From: an uncultured Clostridium sp.
Lineage (GTDB): Bacteria > Bacillota > Clostridia > TANB77 > CAG-508
NCBI GenBank assembly: GCA_946495905.1
Contig: CAMMEP010000001.1
Span: 9,089-73,088 of the forward strand
Direction: 5' to 3'
DNA length: 64,000 nucleotides
Positions 49,356-60,732 of the stretch are shown here, in pieces. The notes beneath the pieces were generated by a model that was given only the letters and a program-made list of their open reading frames with translations, did no database searches and was not told where the DNA came from. The position numbers and the translations under genes are program-made. Numbering within the stretch: the first letter of the stretch is position 1; each line of letters starts with the position of its first letter.

Positions 49356-50450
49356 ATGGTTATTGATATGAATTATTGGAATAAAGTAATAAAAAATATT
49401 GTTATTCTAGTTTTAAGTATTGTAGCAGTATACTTATTTTTTAGATTGGCAGTATTTTTCATGCCTTTTTTAGTAGCATTTATCATTTCACTAATGCTAG
49501 AACCAATAATCAGATTTATAATGAAAAAGACTAGGCTTACCAGAAAAGCAAGTTCTATTATTGTATTTATTTTAGCAATAGCAATACTATGTGGAATCTT
49601 GGTTTGGGCTGTAACTACACTGATAACAGAAGCTAGTAATTTACTTACAAATTTGAATTCCTATATCGATACAGGTTATCATTTTTTTCAAAAAATAGTA
49701 TCTAGTATTGACTTAAGTAAATTTAATATTCCTGAAGATGTAATGAATATTATTCAAAATTCCGGACTAGAATTTATCGATACCATAACAGAATGGGCTA
49801 AAGTAGCTTTAACTAAAGTTATTGATTTTATTACGTCAGTACCAACTCTAGGTGTATATTGTGGTATTACATTAATTGCTTTATATTTCATGTGCGTTGA
49901 TAAAATATATATGATTGATCAATTGGAACATCATTTACCAGAGACTTGGGTAAGACGAATAGGAGTTCATTTGAAAGCATTAATTAAATCCCTTGGTGGA
50001 TATTTAAAAGCAGAGCTTATTTTAGTTGTTATTTCATTTGTAATTTCACTAATAGGATTGTATATTTTCTACTTTATTGGATGGAATATACAATTCCCAT
50101 TAATAATAGCACTAGGAATAGCCTTTGTAGATGCTTTACCTATCTTTGGCTCAGGTACAGTTATGATTCCTTGGGCAGGCATTTTGGCTTTTTCAGGTGA
50201 TATAAAATTAGCCATAGGTGTATTTGTTTTATGGTGTATTATGAGTGTTGTAAGACAGTTAATAGAACCTCGTATTGTGAGTGGACAAATTGGAATACAT
50301 CCTATTTTTACCTTGATTGCAATGTATACTGGATTTCAATTCATGGGAGTCTGGGGCTTATTACTTGGACCTATTATTTTAATAATACTAAAAAATATTT
50401 ATGGAACATTAATAGATAGGGGAGTAGTTAAATCGATTTTGGAAAGATAA
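49356..50450 (+). CDS. AI-2E family transporter (UPF0118/YtvI-like integral membrane protein)
   Basis: 364 aa with 8 predicted TM helices. The conserved C-terminal region GPIILIILKNIYGTLIDRG is typical of the family. Confidence 0.65.
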   Translation: MVIDMNYWNKVIKNIVILVLSIVAVYLFFRLAVFFMPFLVAFIISLMLEPIIRFIMKKTRLTRKASSIIVFILAIAILCGILVWAVTTLITEASNLLTNLNSYIDTGYHFFQKIVSSIDLSKFNIPEDVMNIIQNSGLEFIDTITEWAKVALTKVIDFITSVPTLGVYCGITLIALYFMCVDKIYMIDQLEHHLPETWVRRIGVHLKALIKSLGGYLKAELILVVISFVISLIGLYIFYFIGWNIQFPLIIALGIAFVDALPIFGSGTVMIPWAGILAFSGDIKLAIGVFVLWCIMSVVRQLIEPRIVSGQIGIHPIFTLIAMYTGFQFMGVWGLLLGPIILIILKNIYGTLIDRGVVKSILER

Positions 50451-50528
50451 AGTGGACAAATACGCCTGTTCCCAATTTGGAAAGTACTTGAAATGTAAAG
50501 AAATATATGATATTATGGCTTCGGTGAT

Positions 50529-51212
50529 ATGATGAAAATCCTAATAGTAGAAGATAATAAAGTAATAGCAGATGGACTTAAATTTTCACTTGAAATTGAG
50601 AATTATAATGTCACTATTTGTGACAAAGTAAAAAGTGCAAAGAATGAGATTTTAAATAGTATATACGATTTAGTTATATTAGATATTTTGTTGCCAGATG
50701 GAGATGGAATTGAGCTTTGTCAATTTATCAAGGAAAATCTAGATATTCCAGTTATCTTTTTGACAGCGAAAGATTCAGAAGGAGATATTGTAAAGGGACT
50801 GAATGTGGGGGCAGACGACTATATCGTCAAACCTTTTAGAGTGGGGGAGTTAATAGCGAGAATAAATAATGCTTGTAGAAAATACAAAAAAGATAAGCAT
50901 ATGATAAAAATTCAAGATATAACAATCGATACAGAAAATATGAATATTTATAAAAATAATAAAGAAATTACTCTCACAAGCCTTGAATGGAGAATTTTAA
51001 ATACTTTATTAAACTCATTAGGTACTACTGTTAGTAGAGACAAATTATTAAATTTAGCTTGCGATATAAGAGGAAATTTTATTAATGATAATTCACTTAC
51101 TGTGTATATTAAAAGAATACGCGAGAAGTTAGAAGATGATGTAAATAATCCAAAAATAATTAAAACGGTAAAGGGAATAGGGTATAAAATAGAAAATGCA
51201 AATAGTAAATAG
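50529..51212 (+). CDS. OmpR-family response regulator (paralog of 32078-32731)
   Basis: Receiver plus winged-helix domains. Similar to the first response regulator throughout. Confidence 0.9.
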   Translation: MMKILIVEDNKVIADGLKFSLEIENYNVTICDKVKSAKNEILNSIYDLVILDILLPDGDGIELCQFIKENLDIPVIFLTAKDSEGDIVKGLNVGADDYIVKPFRVGELIARINNACRKYKKDKHMIKIQDITIDTENMNIYKNNKEITLTSLEWRILNTLLNSLGTTVSRDKLLNLACDIRGNFINDNSLTVYIKRIREKLEDDVNNPKIIKTVKGIGYKIENANSK

Positions 51213-52323
51213 TTTAAAAAATAAAACCGTAAAAAAATATTTAGTTTTAGCCATATTATCTGTAATTATTTTTACTTTGCTAATCTTTTGTATATTATTT
51301 TTTGTATACAACAATAATACAGAGCAAATATTAAACAGGTATGAAGTACAAGGCTTAAGCGAAAGTATGGCATTACAAGAAATAAATAGTAATTTATATA
51401 CTTATTTTTACATAGCTACTGGTGCTATTTTGATAATGCTGCTATTAGTGATATTTTACTTTTTCTTGGCATTAAATAAAAATGAGAAAGACACAAAAAA
51501 TATAAGAAAATACTTAAATGATATTGTAAATAACGACTATCAATTTGATATCGAAAATTTATCGGAAAGTGAAATAAGCAATTTAAAAGGTGATATCTAT
51601 AAAATTGTATTAAGACTTAAGGAAGAAGCAGAAAATTTAGCTAAAGATAGGGAAAATCTATCTAATTATTTAGCAGATATATCGCATCAAATACGAACAC
51701 CTCTTATGGCTATAAGTACGATGGTAGATGCTATTATAGAGAATGAAAACAAGTTAGATAAGGATACACGTAAATTCATATATGAGATTTCAAGACAATT
51801 AAATCAAATAAATTGGCTGGTAGACAATTTACTAAAAATGGCTCAATTAGATACTAAAATTGTGAATTTCAATAATGAAGAAACAAACCTAAAAAATCTT
51901 ATTGAAAAAATAGAAAAAAACATGAGTATCTTTTTAGAATTAAAAAATCAAAAATTAGTTACTGCTATTGATGGAAATATTTATTTAACTATAGATTCAA
52001 AATGGATGGCGGAAGCCATAGAAAATATCATAAAGAACTGTATAGAGCATTCAAAAGAGAATACGGAGATTGAAATAAAAGCAATACAAAATCCACTTTA
52101 TGTTCAAATAGAAATTAAAGACCATGGTACTGGAATAAGCAAAAAAGATTTACCTAGAATATTTGATAAATTTTATAAAGGAGAAGGAGCAAGTAATAAC
52201 AGTTTTGGTATAGGACTATCACTTGCCAAAAGCATAATCGATGGACAAAATGGAGAGATTACAGTAGAAAGTAAAGAAAATGAAGGAACTACTTTTGTCA
52301 TAAAATTGTATAAGAGTAAATAA
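51196..52323 (+). CDS. sensor histidine kinase (paralog of 32718-33998)
   Basis: Two TM segments, H-box SHQIRTPLMAI and HATPase_c motifs. Confidence 0.85.
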   Translation: MQIVNSLKNKTVKKYLVLAILSVIIFTLLIFCILFFVYNNNTEQILNRYEVQGLSESMALQEINSNLYTYFYIATGAILIMLLLVIFYFFLALNKNEKDTKNIRKYLNDIVNNDYQFDIENLSESEISNLKGDIYKIVLRLKEEAENLAKDRENLSNYLADISHQIRTPLMAISTMVDAIIENENKLDKDTRKFIYEISRQLNQINWLVDNLLKMAQLDTKIVNFNNEETNLKNLIEKIEKNMSIFLELKNQKLVTAIDGNIYLTIDSKWMAEAIENIIKNCIEHSKENTEIEIKAIQNPLYVQIEIKDHGTGISKKDLPRIFDKFYKGEGASNNSFGIGLSLAKSIIDGQNGEITVESKENEGTTFVIKLYKSK

Positions 52324-52460
52324 TTTCAAGGAGAAAATCAATATTGCAGATTTTCTCCGAAATTAATGACATACATAGCAAAAAGCTATGGACACTAATG
52401 TTTTATTAACTAATATTATAAACTATAATATGCCAGAAAATCAAGCAAAAAAATGTTAAA

Positions 52461-52494
52461 TTGTCATTTTAAAGTCACTTTAGGGAGATATAAT
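52461..52494 (+). promoter_or_regulatory. direct repeats TTGTCATTTTA / AAGTCACTTTA (11-bp spacing) plus TATAAT: candidate response-regulator site for the second ABC module
   Basis: Seen directly. Matches the architecture at 28341-28375. Confidence 0.45.
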
Positions 52495-52512
52495 CAATAG
52501 TAGGAGGGAGCC

Positions 52513-53190
52513 ATGGAAATTTTAAAAATAGAAAATGTAAAAAAAGAATATGCAAATGGAGATAAAAAACTATATGCTTTAGATGACATTTCATTAACGG
52601 TAAAGCAAGGAGAATTTGTTGCAATTGTTGGACCAAGTGGTAGTGGAAAATCTACTTTGTTACATATTATAGGAGGAATAGACAAGCCTACTAGTGGAAA
52701 GATACTTATAAATGGAACAGATATTTCTACTTTAAGGTCTGATAAAATGACAATATTTAGAAGACAAAATATTGGTATTGTATATCAATTCTATAATTTA
52801 ATACCAACGCTTAAAGCAGAAGATAATATTATTTTGCCAGTTCTGCTAGATGGAAAAAAGGTAGATAAAGAAAAAGTAGAAGAAATTATTCAATTGTTAA
52901 AGCTAGAAAATAGAAAGAATGCCATGCCATCTCAATTATCGGGTGGAGAACAACAGCGTGTCTCCATAGGAAGAGCTTTGATAAATAATCCAAGTATTCT
53001 CTTAGCAGATGAACCAACAGGAAATTTGGATAGTAATGCTTCAAAAGAAATTGTAGATATTTTTAAATATTACAACAAAACATATAAGCAAACTATATTG
53101 TTAGTAACGCATGATGAAAAAATTGCCTTACAAGCAGATAGAATTATCAAACTCAAAGATGGAAAGATTATTCAAGATGAGCAAAATTAA
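52513..53190 (+). CDS. ABC transporter ATP-binding protein (MacB/BceA-like, paralog of 28399-29067)
   Basis: Walker A GPSGSGKST, signature LSGGEQQR and Walker B LLADEPTGNLD. Confidence 0.85.
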   Translation: MEILKIENVKKEYANGDKKLYALDDISLTVKQGEFVAIVGPSGSGKSTLLHIIGGIDKPTSGKILINGTDISTLRSDKMTIFRRQNIGIVYQFYNLIPTLKAEDNIILPVLLDGKKVDKEKVEEIIQLLKLENRKNAMPSQLSGGEQQRVSIGRALINNPSILLADEPTGNLDSNASKEIVDIFKYYNKTYKQTILLVTHDEKIALQADRIIKLKDGKIIQDEQN

Positions 53191-53205
53191 AAGAGGTGGA
53201 TATTT

Positions 53206-55860
53206 ATGGGAGTAACTTGGAAACTAGCTTTAAACTATCTAAGAAATAATAAAAAAAGAGCTTTTATCATTGGTATATGTATTTTAATTTCTACTATTTT
53301 AATAACTGCTGTTTTGCTATTAATATCTAGTTATAAAGAATATATAATTACGCAAGCAAGAAATGAAGGTAACTGGGAGGTAGGATTTCGTAATATAACT
53401 TATGAAGAAGCATGTATCATAGAAAAACATAATAATGTAAAAGAAATTTCTGTTATGCATAATCTGGGAACCTATAAAAACATAAACAATACAGATGCTT
53501 ATTATATTTCTCCTTCTATTCTTGGCTGTGATGAAAATACAATGAAAAATTTAGTAAAGAATAATTTGTATTATGGAAGAATGCCAGAAAATTCAAATGA
53601 AGTAATGATTAATTCTAATAATAATTTGGATAAGGTAGGGGATACATTAGTTCAAACATTGGAAAATGGAGAAAATAAGGAATATACAGTGGTGGGAATA
53701 ATGTATTCGTATAATAATTTTTTTGAATCGAATCAAGTAATAACATTGCTAGATAGGGAAGTGCTAAAGCCAGATGATAAAGTTAACATCACTGTGCTTA
53801 GCTATAATATAAATGAAATATATAGTGATTATTATGACATCTATTATCAATTAGGATCATACAGAAATGAATATGGTTCAACACTAAATGATATGGTGCA
53901 GTATAATAAAACATTGTTAGAATATGAAAATGTTTTAGATTATACCTCTGATTTTCAGAAAAATATCTATACAGTAGAAGGCATTTTTATTGGAATAATT
54001 GTTGCTTGTTCTATGATTTTTATCTATTCTATTATTAATATTAGTGTAATAGAAAGAAAAAAGTACTTTGGGATTTTAAAATCTATAGGTGCAACTACAA
54101 AACAGATGAGAAGAAGTATACGAGTAGAACTGCTTATTATTTTATTAATAACAATACCATTAGGAATTGTTATAGGAATATGCCTGGACTTTCTATTAAT
54201 TACTATAATAAATAATATTTTGCCAGAAATTGCAACATCTTATAGTTCTATATTAAGAGCTTTTCAATCTAATGAGGAATTTAGATTAGCAATTCCAGTA
54301 AGTACAATTTTTATATCAATATTTATTGTAGTGCTTACTGTATACATATCATCCATTATTCCAATAAGGAAAGTCTCATGGTTACAGGCAATAAGCTTGA
54401 TAAAACAAAATAAAGAAAAAGTGCGAGTGAAGAAAAAAGTTAGTAAGAAAATGAAGAATATCAAAAATGTAGAATTTACTTTAGCTACAAAAAATATAGA
54501 AAGATATAAATCAAGATATTTTGCAATTATTATGTCATTAATTATTAGTATTGTACTAATTATTGTAAGCAACTATTATATTATTAATATAGCTTCAAAT
54601 ACAGATTTGACAGACTATAATTACTCTATAATAATTCAATATGATAGTGGTAAACACGAAAACCTTGTAGAGAAGATAATTGATGATATACAAGAAGCAA
54701 ATATTGCAGAAAAAGTTATCTCTAATAGTCGAAGAAGATATGCAGTATTAGTTAATACGAACAACATTAGTGATGAAGAGAAAGACTTTAGTAGAAAATT
54801 ATATGGGGAAGATAATTCATTTTTAGCTCATTATGATTATATTTTCAAATCGGATGAATATGATTATAGCGACCCTTCAGATATATATTGCATTTGGATG
54901 AATTTTCTAATGTTAAATGAAGATGCATATAATCAGTATTTGCATGAAATTGGAGTAGATGGACTAGAAGGAAATGAGTGTATTTTAGTGGATTTTATTC
55001 ATGAAAAAACAAAATATTATAATGGAATTCGTCTAACTAATTATAATGAGGGCGATGAGATAACCATAAGAAATGGAATGCCTGGTTATTCGAACGCAGA
55101 AAGATTACAAGAAGATAATGCAAAACTTACGATAAAAAAGATTACAGACAGAATTCCACAAAATTTAAGTTATGTAGAAAATGGTCCCCTTATTGTTGGA
55201 ACAGAAGAGACAATTAAGGAAATAGAGAAACAACTATGTGGAGAATATAAAATAGAATATCCAAATGAAATAAAATATGGTTACATTTCGCTTAAGGTAA
55301 ATAATATAAATACTACAAATGAGTTTATAGGATTTTTAAAAGAAAAATATGATTTAAATGATTATGATTATATTGATATAAATAACGATGATAATGATAA
55401 TAGCATACAAGGCAATGAAGAGGTATCGCAAGAAAGTATAGATAATGCTAATTTACTAAGAAATATATTTATTTATAGCTTTATTGGAATAATAACTTTA
55501 ATTGGAATCTTCAACATGTACAATGCAATAAACACGAATTTAGAAATTAGAAAAAGGGAAGTAGTAAGTTTAATTACAATAGGCATGGAAGAAAAACAAA
55601 TTAATAAGATGTTGCTTATCGAAAATATGGTATGTGGAATATTGGCATTAGTACTTGGAATTGCATTTGGTTTATTAGTTTCTTATATTGTGTATTTAAT
55701 TTGTATTGATTATACATGGTATCGTTTTGAAATTCCATGGATTTCCATTGCAATCAGTGTTGTTGGAATTATCATTGTAACTGCTATTTCTACAATCTAT
55801 TTAAAAAAGAAGATTTTCGCAGACAATCTTATAGAGGTATTGAAACAAGAAGAAATTTAG
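53206..55860 (+). CDS. ABC transporter permease with two FtsX domains (paralog of 29064-31706)
   Basis: 884 aa with FtsX TM bundles. Same operon organisation. Confidence 0.8.
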   Translation: MGVTWKLALNYLRNNKKRAFIIGICILISTILITAVLLLISSYKEYIITQARNEGNWEVGFRNITYEEACIIEKHNNVKEISVMHNLGTYKNINNTDAYYISPSILGCDENTMKNLVKNNLYYGRMPENSNEVMINSNNNLDKVGDTLVQTLENGENKEYTVVGIMYSYNNFFESNQVITLLDREVLKPDDKVNITVLSYNINEIYSDYYDIYYQLGSYRNEYGSTLNDMVQYNKTLLEYENVLDYTSDFQKNIYTVEGIFIGIIVACSMIFIYSIINISVIERKKYFGILKSIGATTKQMRRSIRVELLIILLITIPLGIVIGICLDFLLITIINNILPEIATSYSSILRAFQSNEEFRLAIPVSTIFISIFIVVLTVYISSIIPIRKVSWLQAISLIKQNKEKVRVKKKVSKKMKNIKNVEFTLATKNIERYKSRYFAIIMSLIISIVLIIVSNYYIINIASNTDLTDYNYSIIIQYDSGKHENLVEKIIDDIQEANIAEKVISNSRRRYAVLVNTNNISDEEKDFSRKLYGEDNSFLAHYDYIFKSDEYDYSDPSDIYCIWMNFLMLNEDAYNQYLHEIGVDGLEGNECILVDFIHEKTKYYNGIRLTNYNEGDEITIRNGMPGYSNAERLQEDNAKLTIKKITDRIPQNLSYVENGPLIVGTEETIKEIEKQLCGEYKIEYPNEIKYGYISLKVNNINTTNEFIGFLKEKYDLNDYDYIDINNDDNDNSIQGNEEVSQESIDNANLLRNIFIYSFIGIITLIGIFNMYNAINTNLEIRKREVVSLITIGMEEKQINKMLLIENMVCGILALVLGIAFGLLVSYIVYLICIDYTWYRFEIPWISIAISVVGIIIVTAISTIYLKKKIFADNLIEVLKQEEI

Positions 55861-55906
55861 AAAGAGAGCAAAAGGTTGCAACCCTTTTTGTGCTCTTTGA
55901 AAATAC

Positions 55907-56113
55907 TAGTTACAATTCACGGTTATTTTTGATCGGAGCAATGTATGTTTTAATTTTATGTTGGAGTGCTTAAGGTGGGGACCGACAAGTTTACAAACTG
56001 TTAAACTGAACGAATGTGAAGTTTTTACAGTTTGTACGATGTTGGGGGCCGAAAACATAAAATTAAAACATACATTGCTCCAACATTTTAGAATAGCCTG
56101 TGAATTGTAACTA
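55907..56113. repeat. structured palindromic repeat, family 2, copy C (opposite orientation to A and B)
   Basis: Inner inverted repeat GGAGCAATGTATGTTTTAATTTTATG / CATAAAATTAAAACATACATTGCTCC (26 bp, perfect). Outer inverted repeat TAGTTACAATTCAC / GTGAATTGTAACTA. The core is the reverse complement of the A/B core. Confidence 0.7.
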
Positions 56114-56206
56114 ATACTAATAAAACCATTCTGATTTAAACAAATGTGTTGAAAAAGTGTATAAAATGTGATACAATACATATAATAGATTAGGAGGTGT
56201 TATATT

Positions 56207-56476
56207 ATGGCTAAAACAGATACATTGCATATAAGAGTAGAACCAACAGTTAAAAAGAAAGCTGAAGAAACATTAAATGAATTAGGGATGTCAATCACTG
56301 AGGCTATTAATGTATTTTTAAACCAAGTTATATTAAATGATGGTATTCCATTCGAAATAAAGAAACCTAGACTAAATAAAGAAACTATACAAGCATTAGA
56401 AGATACAAGAAATGGAAAAAATTTGAGTAAGACATTTGAAAATGCAGATGAAATGTTTAAGAAGTTGGATAAATAG
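56207..56476 (+). CDS. dinJ: RelB/DinJ family antitoxin
   Basis: LHIRVEPTVKKKAEETLNELGMSITEAINVFLNQVILNDGIPFEI matches the DinJ/RelB ribbon-helix-helix fold. AGGAGG RBS. Confidence 0.7.
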   Translation: MAKTDTLHIRVEPTVKKKAEETLNELGMSITEAINVFLNQVILNDGIPFEIKKPRLNKETIQALEDTRNGKNLSKTFENADEMFKKLDK

Positions 56477-56749
56477 TGCTAAAAGTTAGATATAGTAATC
56501 AATTTAAGAAAGACTATAAAATGATGGTAAAAAGAGGTTATGATATTAATAAATTAAAACATGTTGTTCAATTATTATTAGAAGAGAAAAAATTGCCTGC
56601 TAAATATAGAGAACATTATTTAACAGGCAATTATAAGCGGCTTTAGAGAATGTCATATTCAACCTGATTGGCTTTTAATCTATACTATCGAAGACGAGAT
56701 ACTCACATTAACTTTATCTAGAACCGGCTCGCATACTGATTTATTTTAG
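56476..56749 (+). pseudogene. yafQ: YafQ/RelE-family toxin gene disrupted by a 1-nt frameshift (~56638-56641)
   Basis: GTG start overlaps the antitoxin stop. Frame 1 gives VLKVRYSNQFKKDYK...HYLTGNYKRL then a stop. The conserved C-terminus FRECHIQPDWLLIYTIEDEILTLTLSRTGSHTDLF continues in the +1 frame. Confidence 0.65.
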
Positions 56750-56774
56750 CGAGAACTTTGATATTTTATATGTT

Positions 56775-57317
56775 CTATAAAACAGTAGATGTGGTAACAA
56801 AGCTATCATCTGGTGGATATACATATTCATCCGTAGGCTCATCTACTACATTAATTTTTTCAATCTCTATAATAGGTATGTCACCATAATAATATCCTTT
56901 TGTAATAGTTCCTTCAATTTCTACCCAACGTCCAGATTCAAAATTGCTAGCTATTTCCGAATGACATAGAAAACCAACTACAACAGTTTGGAAGTCAGAA
57001 GATACTATCATGTCTCTTGCTAAAACAAATTGCTCATCTGTAAAATCATAAAGTCGATACACGTAACCAGTAAATTTAATTTTCTGTCCCACATAAGTAT
57101 CAATATCATAATGTACTTCCTGAAGCACATTAGTATAGTTCCTAGTTGTTAATTCAAAAGTTGTGCCTTCTAGATAAGTATCATTAGTTTTAAAAAAATT
57201 ATTAAAAATAACTCGATAACAAATAAAGACGGTAATTATTAAGATAATAACGCATAGTATTCCCATTAGAATTTTTGCTGTTTTATTCCCATTAATTTTA
57301 AAATTAAAAACAAACAT
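56775..57317 (-). CDS. hypothetical membrane-anchored protein
   Basis: GGAGG RBS. N-terminal TM helix ILMGILCVIILIITVFICY. Confidence 0.5.
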   Translation of the reverse strand: MFVFNFKINGNKTAKILMGILCVIILIITVFICYRVIFNNFFKTNDTYLEGTTFELTTRNYTNVLQEVHYDIDTYVGQKIKFTGYVYRLYDFTDEQFVLARDMIVSSDFQTVVVGFLCHSEIASNFESGRWVEIEGTITKGYYYGDIPIIEIEKINVVDEPTDEYVYPPDDSFVTTSTVL

Positions 57318-57424
57318 AAAAAACCTCCAAGTGTGAAAAACTTTTTTTCTTAAAGTTTATTATTCTATAAATATGTCTTAATAAAAAAATTATTCCTGTA
57401 TGATTATCTAGTAACTATAAACTA

Positions 57425-57616
57425 TAACGGCTCAGATGGGTAAACCTGTTTAATAGTATTAAAATTAGATATGTCCTGCAACGGGAGTTTTAATTAAAAA
57501 AATCTCGCTTCGTCCCGACGGAGCTCCCTGCTCCGCTCGATTTTTTAATTATAAACTCCCAGCGCGGACTTTAAATAATCTATACTATTAAACAGGTTTA
57601 CCCATCTGAGCCGTTA
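57425..57616. repeat. 192-bp imperfect palindrome (family 3): 35-bp perfect terminal inverted repeats, nested inner inverted repeat, GC-rich centre around GGAGCTCC
   Basis: TAACGGCTCAGATGGGTAAACCTGTTTAATAGTAT ... ATACTATTAAACAGGTTTACCCATCTGAGCCGTTA. Inner GGGAGTTTTAATTAAAAAAATC / GATTTTTTAATTATAAACTCCC. Centre TCGCTTCGTCCCGACGGAGCTCCCTGCTCCGCTCGA. Confidence 0.6.
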
Positions 57617-57758
57617 CTATAAATTTAAGAAAATTCTGATTCATACTTGCGGTTTTTACTAAAAAGTGATATAGTAACATAGTATTATTTTAGGTTAGGA
57701 CAAAGCAATATGAGATATGCTTGTTCTAAGGAAAAAACATTAGGAAGGAAGTAAAACG

Positions 57759-60503
57759 ATGGGATTATTTAAGACATATAGTGAGAAAGAGGTAAAAAGA
57801 GTTCAACCATTAGTAAAGAAAATTAATGAATTAGAACCAGATATGCAAAAATTATCAGATAAAGAATTAAGAGGTAAAACAGAGGAATTTAAAGGAAGAT
57901 TACAAAAAGGGGAGACCTTAGATGATTTATTGCCAGAAGCTTTTGCTGTTATGAGAGAAGCATCTAAAAGAGTACTAGGTATGAGACATTTTGATGTGCA
58001 ATTAATTGGTGGAATTATTCTTCATCAAGGTAGAATTGCAGAGATGAAGACTGGTGAAGGTAAAACATTAGTTGCAACACTTCCTGTATATCTAAATGCT
58101 CTAACAGGAGAAGGAGTACATGTTATTACCGTTAATGACTACTTAGCAAAAAGAGATAGTGAATGGATGGGAAAAGTATACAAATTTTTGGGATTAACGG
58201 TTGGATTGGCAATTGCAGGAATGAATCCTGGGGACAAGAAAAAAGCATATGCTTGCGATGTTACTTATGGAACTAACAATGAATTTGGATTTGATTACTT
58301 AAGAGACAATATGGTCATCTACAAAGAACAATTAGTACAAAGAAAATTAAATTACGCTATTGTGGATGAGATTGATAGTATTTTAATAGATGAGGCTCGT
58401 ACCCCTCTTATTATTTCTGGTAGAGGTGGTCAATCTTCTGATTTATATAAAAAAGCAGATAATTTTGTAAGAAAATTAACACCAAAAGTAATTATCGAAG
58501 AAGATGTTAAAGATTATGATCAGGCAGAAGATAATGAAAAATATGATTATGTAGTAGATTTAAAGGCAAAATCTGCAACACTTACCCAAAAAGGTATTGA
58601 AAAAGCAGAACGTGAATTTGGATTAGAAAACTTCAATGATATAGAAAATTCAGAGATAGTGCATAATGTAAATCAAGCATTACATGCACATGGAATTATG
58701 AAAAAAGATAAAGATTATATTGTAAAAGATGGCGAAGTTTTAATCGTAGATGAGTTCACAGGTCGTATTATGTATGGAAGAAGATATAACAATGGACTTC
58801 ATCAAGCTATTGAAGCTAAAGAGCATGTAAAAATAGCAGATGAATCTAAAACATTGGCTACTATTACATTCCAAAATTATTTTAGAATGTATGATAAATT
58901 GTCTGGTATGACTGGTACTGCTATGACAGAAGAAGATGAGTTTGAAGAAATCTATAAATTAGATGTTGTTGAAATACCAACTAATAAACCTATGATAAGA
59001 AAAGATCATCAAGACATTATCTATAAAAATGAGAATGCAAAGTTTAGAGCAGTAATTGAAGACATTAAGGAAAGTCATAGCAAAGGTCAACCTGTTCTAG
59101 TTGGTACAGTATCTATTGATAAATCTGAAAAATTGAGCAAATTACTTTCAAAGGAAGGAATTAAACATGAAGTATTAAATGCTAAATTCCATGAAAAAGA
59201 AGCTGCCATTGTTGCACAAGCAGGTAAATTTGGAGCTGTTACTATTGCTACGAACATGGCTGGTCGTGGTACTGATATTATGCTTGGTGGTAATAGTGAA
59301 TTCTTAGCAAAACAAGAAATGCAAAAATTAAGATATACTCCAGAGCAAATAGATCAAGCAACGGCATTCAATGAAACAGAAGATAAAGAAATATTGGATG
59401 CTAGAAAAAAATATAAGGAATTAGAAGAAAAATTTGATAAGGAAATCAAAGAAGAGAAAGAGAAAGTACTTGCAGCAGGTGGTCTTAAAATCATTGGTAC
59501 TGAAAGACATGAGTCCAGAAGAATTGACAATCAGTTAAGAGGACGTAGTGGACGTCAAGGAGATCCAGGTGAATCCAGATTCTATATTGGACTAGACGAT
59601 GATTTAATGAAAATTTTTGGTGGAGACATGATTACTAGAGTATATAATACTTTAGGTGCAGACGAAAACATGCCAATACAAGCCAAAATGATTTCTAAAG
59701 CAGTTGAAAATGCGCAAAAGAAAGTAGAAGGACGTAACTTTGCTATTAGAAAAAGTGTGCTTCAATTTGATGATGTTATGAACGCACAAAGAGAAATTAT
59801 TTATAAGCAAAGAAGAGAAGTTCTAGATGGTGAAAATTTAAAAGACAATATCCTAAAAATAATGGATACTGTTGCCACAGATACTGTTAATGCTTACGTT
59901 TCAGATGAAGGAATTAATAAAGAATCTTTAATTCAAGATTTAAATACAACTTTTGGTTTTTCTAATTTAGATTCTTTAAAGGAAAATAAAGTAGATAGCA
60001 ATAAAATAATAGAAGAATTAAAAGAAAAAGCTCATAATAAGTATGAGGAAAAAGAAAAGGATTTCGGAGAAAAAGTATTAAGAGAACTTGAAAGAGTTGT
60101 TATGTTAAAAATCGTTGATGAAAGATGGATGGAACATATAGATGCCATGGACGAACTAAAAGATGGTATAAGATTACAAGCCTATGGCCAAAAAGATCCA
60201 GTAGTTCAATATAGAATTGAAGGATTTGATATGTTTGATCAAATGGTTGCTGACATTCAATTAAATGTTATAAAAATACTTATGAATGCAAGAAAGAGGG
60301 AAGGTGCCCCAATAAGAAAAGAATCTGTAAAAATTACAGGGGAAGGCTTAGAGAATACAAATGTATCGTTAAAAGGAAACACACCAGCTACTGAAAAATC
60401 ACATACTCCAATTGTTAATACAGAGCCTAAAGTTGGAAGAAATGATCCATGTCCATGTGGAAGTGGGAAGAAATACAAAAATTGCTGTGGTAAAAATCAG
60501 TAA
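57759..60503 (+). CDS. secA: preprotein translocase subunit SecA
   Basis: 914 aa. DEAD motor motifs ([31 protein letters not shown]) and C-terminal zinc-binding [14 protein letters not shown]. Confidence 0.95.
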   Translation: MGLFKTYSEKEVKRVQPLVKKINELEPDMQKLSDKELRGKTEEFKGRLQKGETLDDLLPEAFAVMREASKRVLGMRHFDVQLIGGIILHQGRIAEMKTGEGKTLVATLPVYLNALTGEGVHVITVNDYLAKRDSEWMGKVYKFLGLTVGLAIAGMNPGDKKKAYACDVTYGTNNEFGFDYLRDNMVIYKEQLVQRKLNYAIVDEIDSILIDEARTPLIISGRGGQSSDLYKKADNFVRKLTPKVIIEEDVKDYDQAEDNEKYDYVVDLKAKSATLTQKGIEKAEREFGLENFNDIENSEIVHNVNQALHAHGIMKKDKDYIVKDGEVLIVDEFTGRIMYGRRYNNGLHQAIEAKEHVKIADESKTLATITFQNYFRMYDKLSGMTGTAMTEEDEFEEIYKLDVVEIPTNKPMIRKDHQDIIYKNENAKFRAVIEDIKESHSKGQPVLVGTVSIDKSEKLSKLLSKEGIKHEVLNAKFHEKEAAIVAQAGKFGAVTIATNMAGRGTDIMLGGNSEFLAKQEMQKLRYTPEQIDQATAFNETEDKEILDARKKYKELEEKFDKEIKEEKEKVLAAGGLKIIGTERHESRRIDNQLRGRSGRQGDPGESRFYIGLDDDLMKIFGGDMITRVYNTLGADENMPIQAKMISKAVENAQKKVEGRNFAIRKSVLQFDDVMNAQREIIYKQRREVLDGENLKDNILKIMDTVATDTVNAYVSDEGINKESLIQDLNTTFGFSNLDSLKENKVDSNKIIEELKEKAHNKYEEKEKDFGEKVLRELERVVMLKIVDERWMEHIDAMDELKDGIRLQAYGQKDPVVQYRIEGFDMFDQMVADIQLNVIKILMNARKREGAPIRKESVKITGEGLENTNVSLKGNTPATEKSHTPIVNTEPKVGRNDPCPCGSGKKYKNCCGKNQ

Positions 60504-60732
60504 TATCAATAGTCGTAGCGATTTCTAATAAAGAAAAAAGTTTGAAAAATATATGAATTGTTGCCATTTTGTTGCCAAACTAAAATAAAATTGCTAGAAC
60601 CATTGAAAATACTGCATTTTATCTTGGCAACAAAAATGGCGACAAATTGAAACAATTATAATAACCAAAAAAGCTAACATATAGAAAGTGTTAGCTCATT
60701 TTTTATTTACTAAAAATTTGGAGGTAAAAAAT

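Noticed and set aside
52330-52358. Hairpin GGAGAAAATC...GATTTTCTCC after the second histidine kinase as a terminator
   Set aside because: It forms a good stem but is followed by GAAATTAATG rather than a U-tract. It is left unannotated as a terminator.
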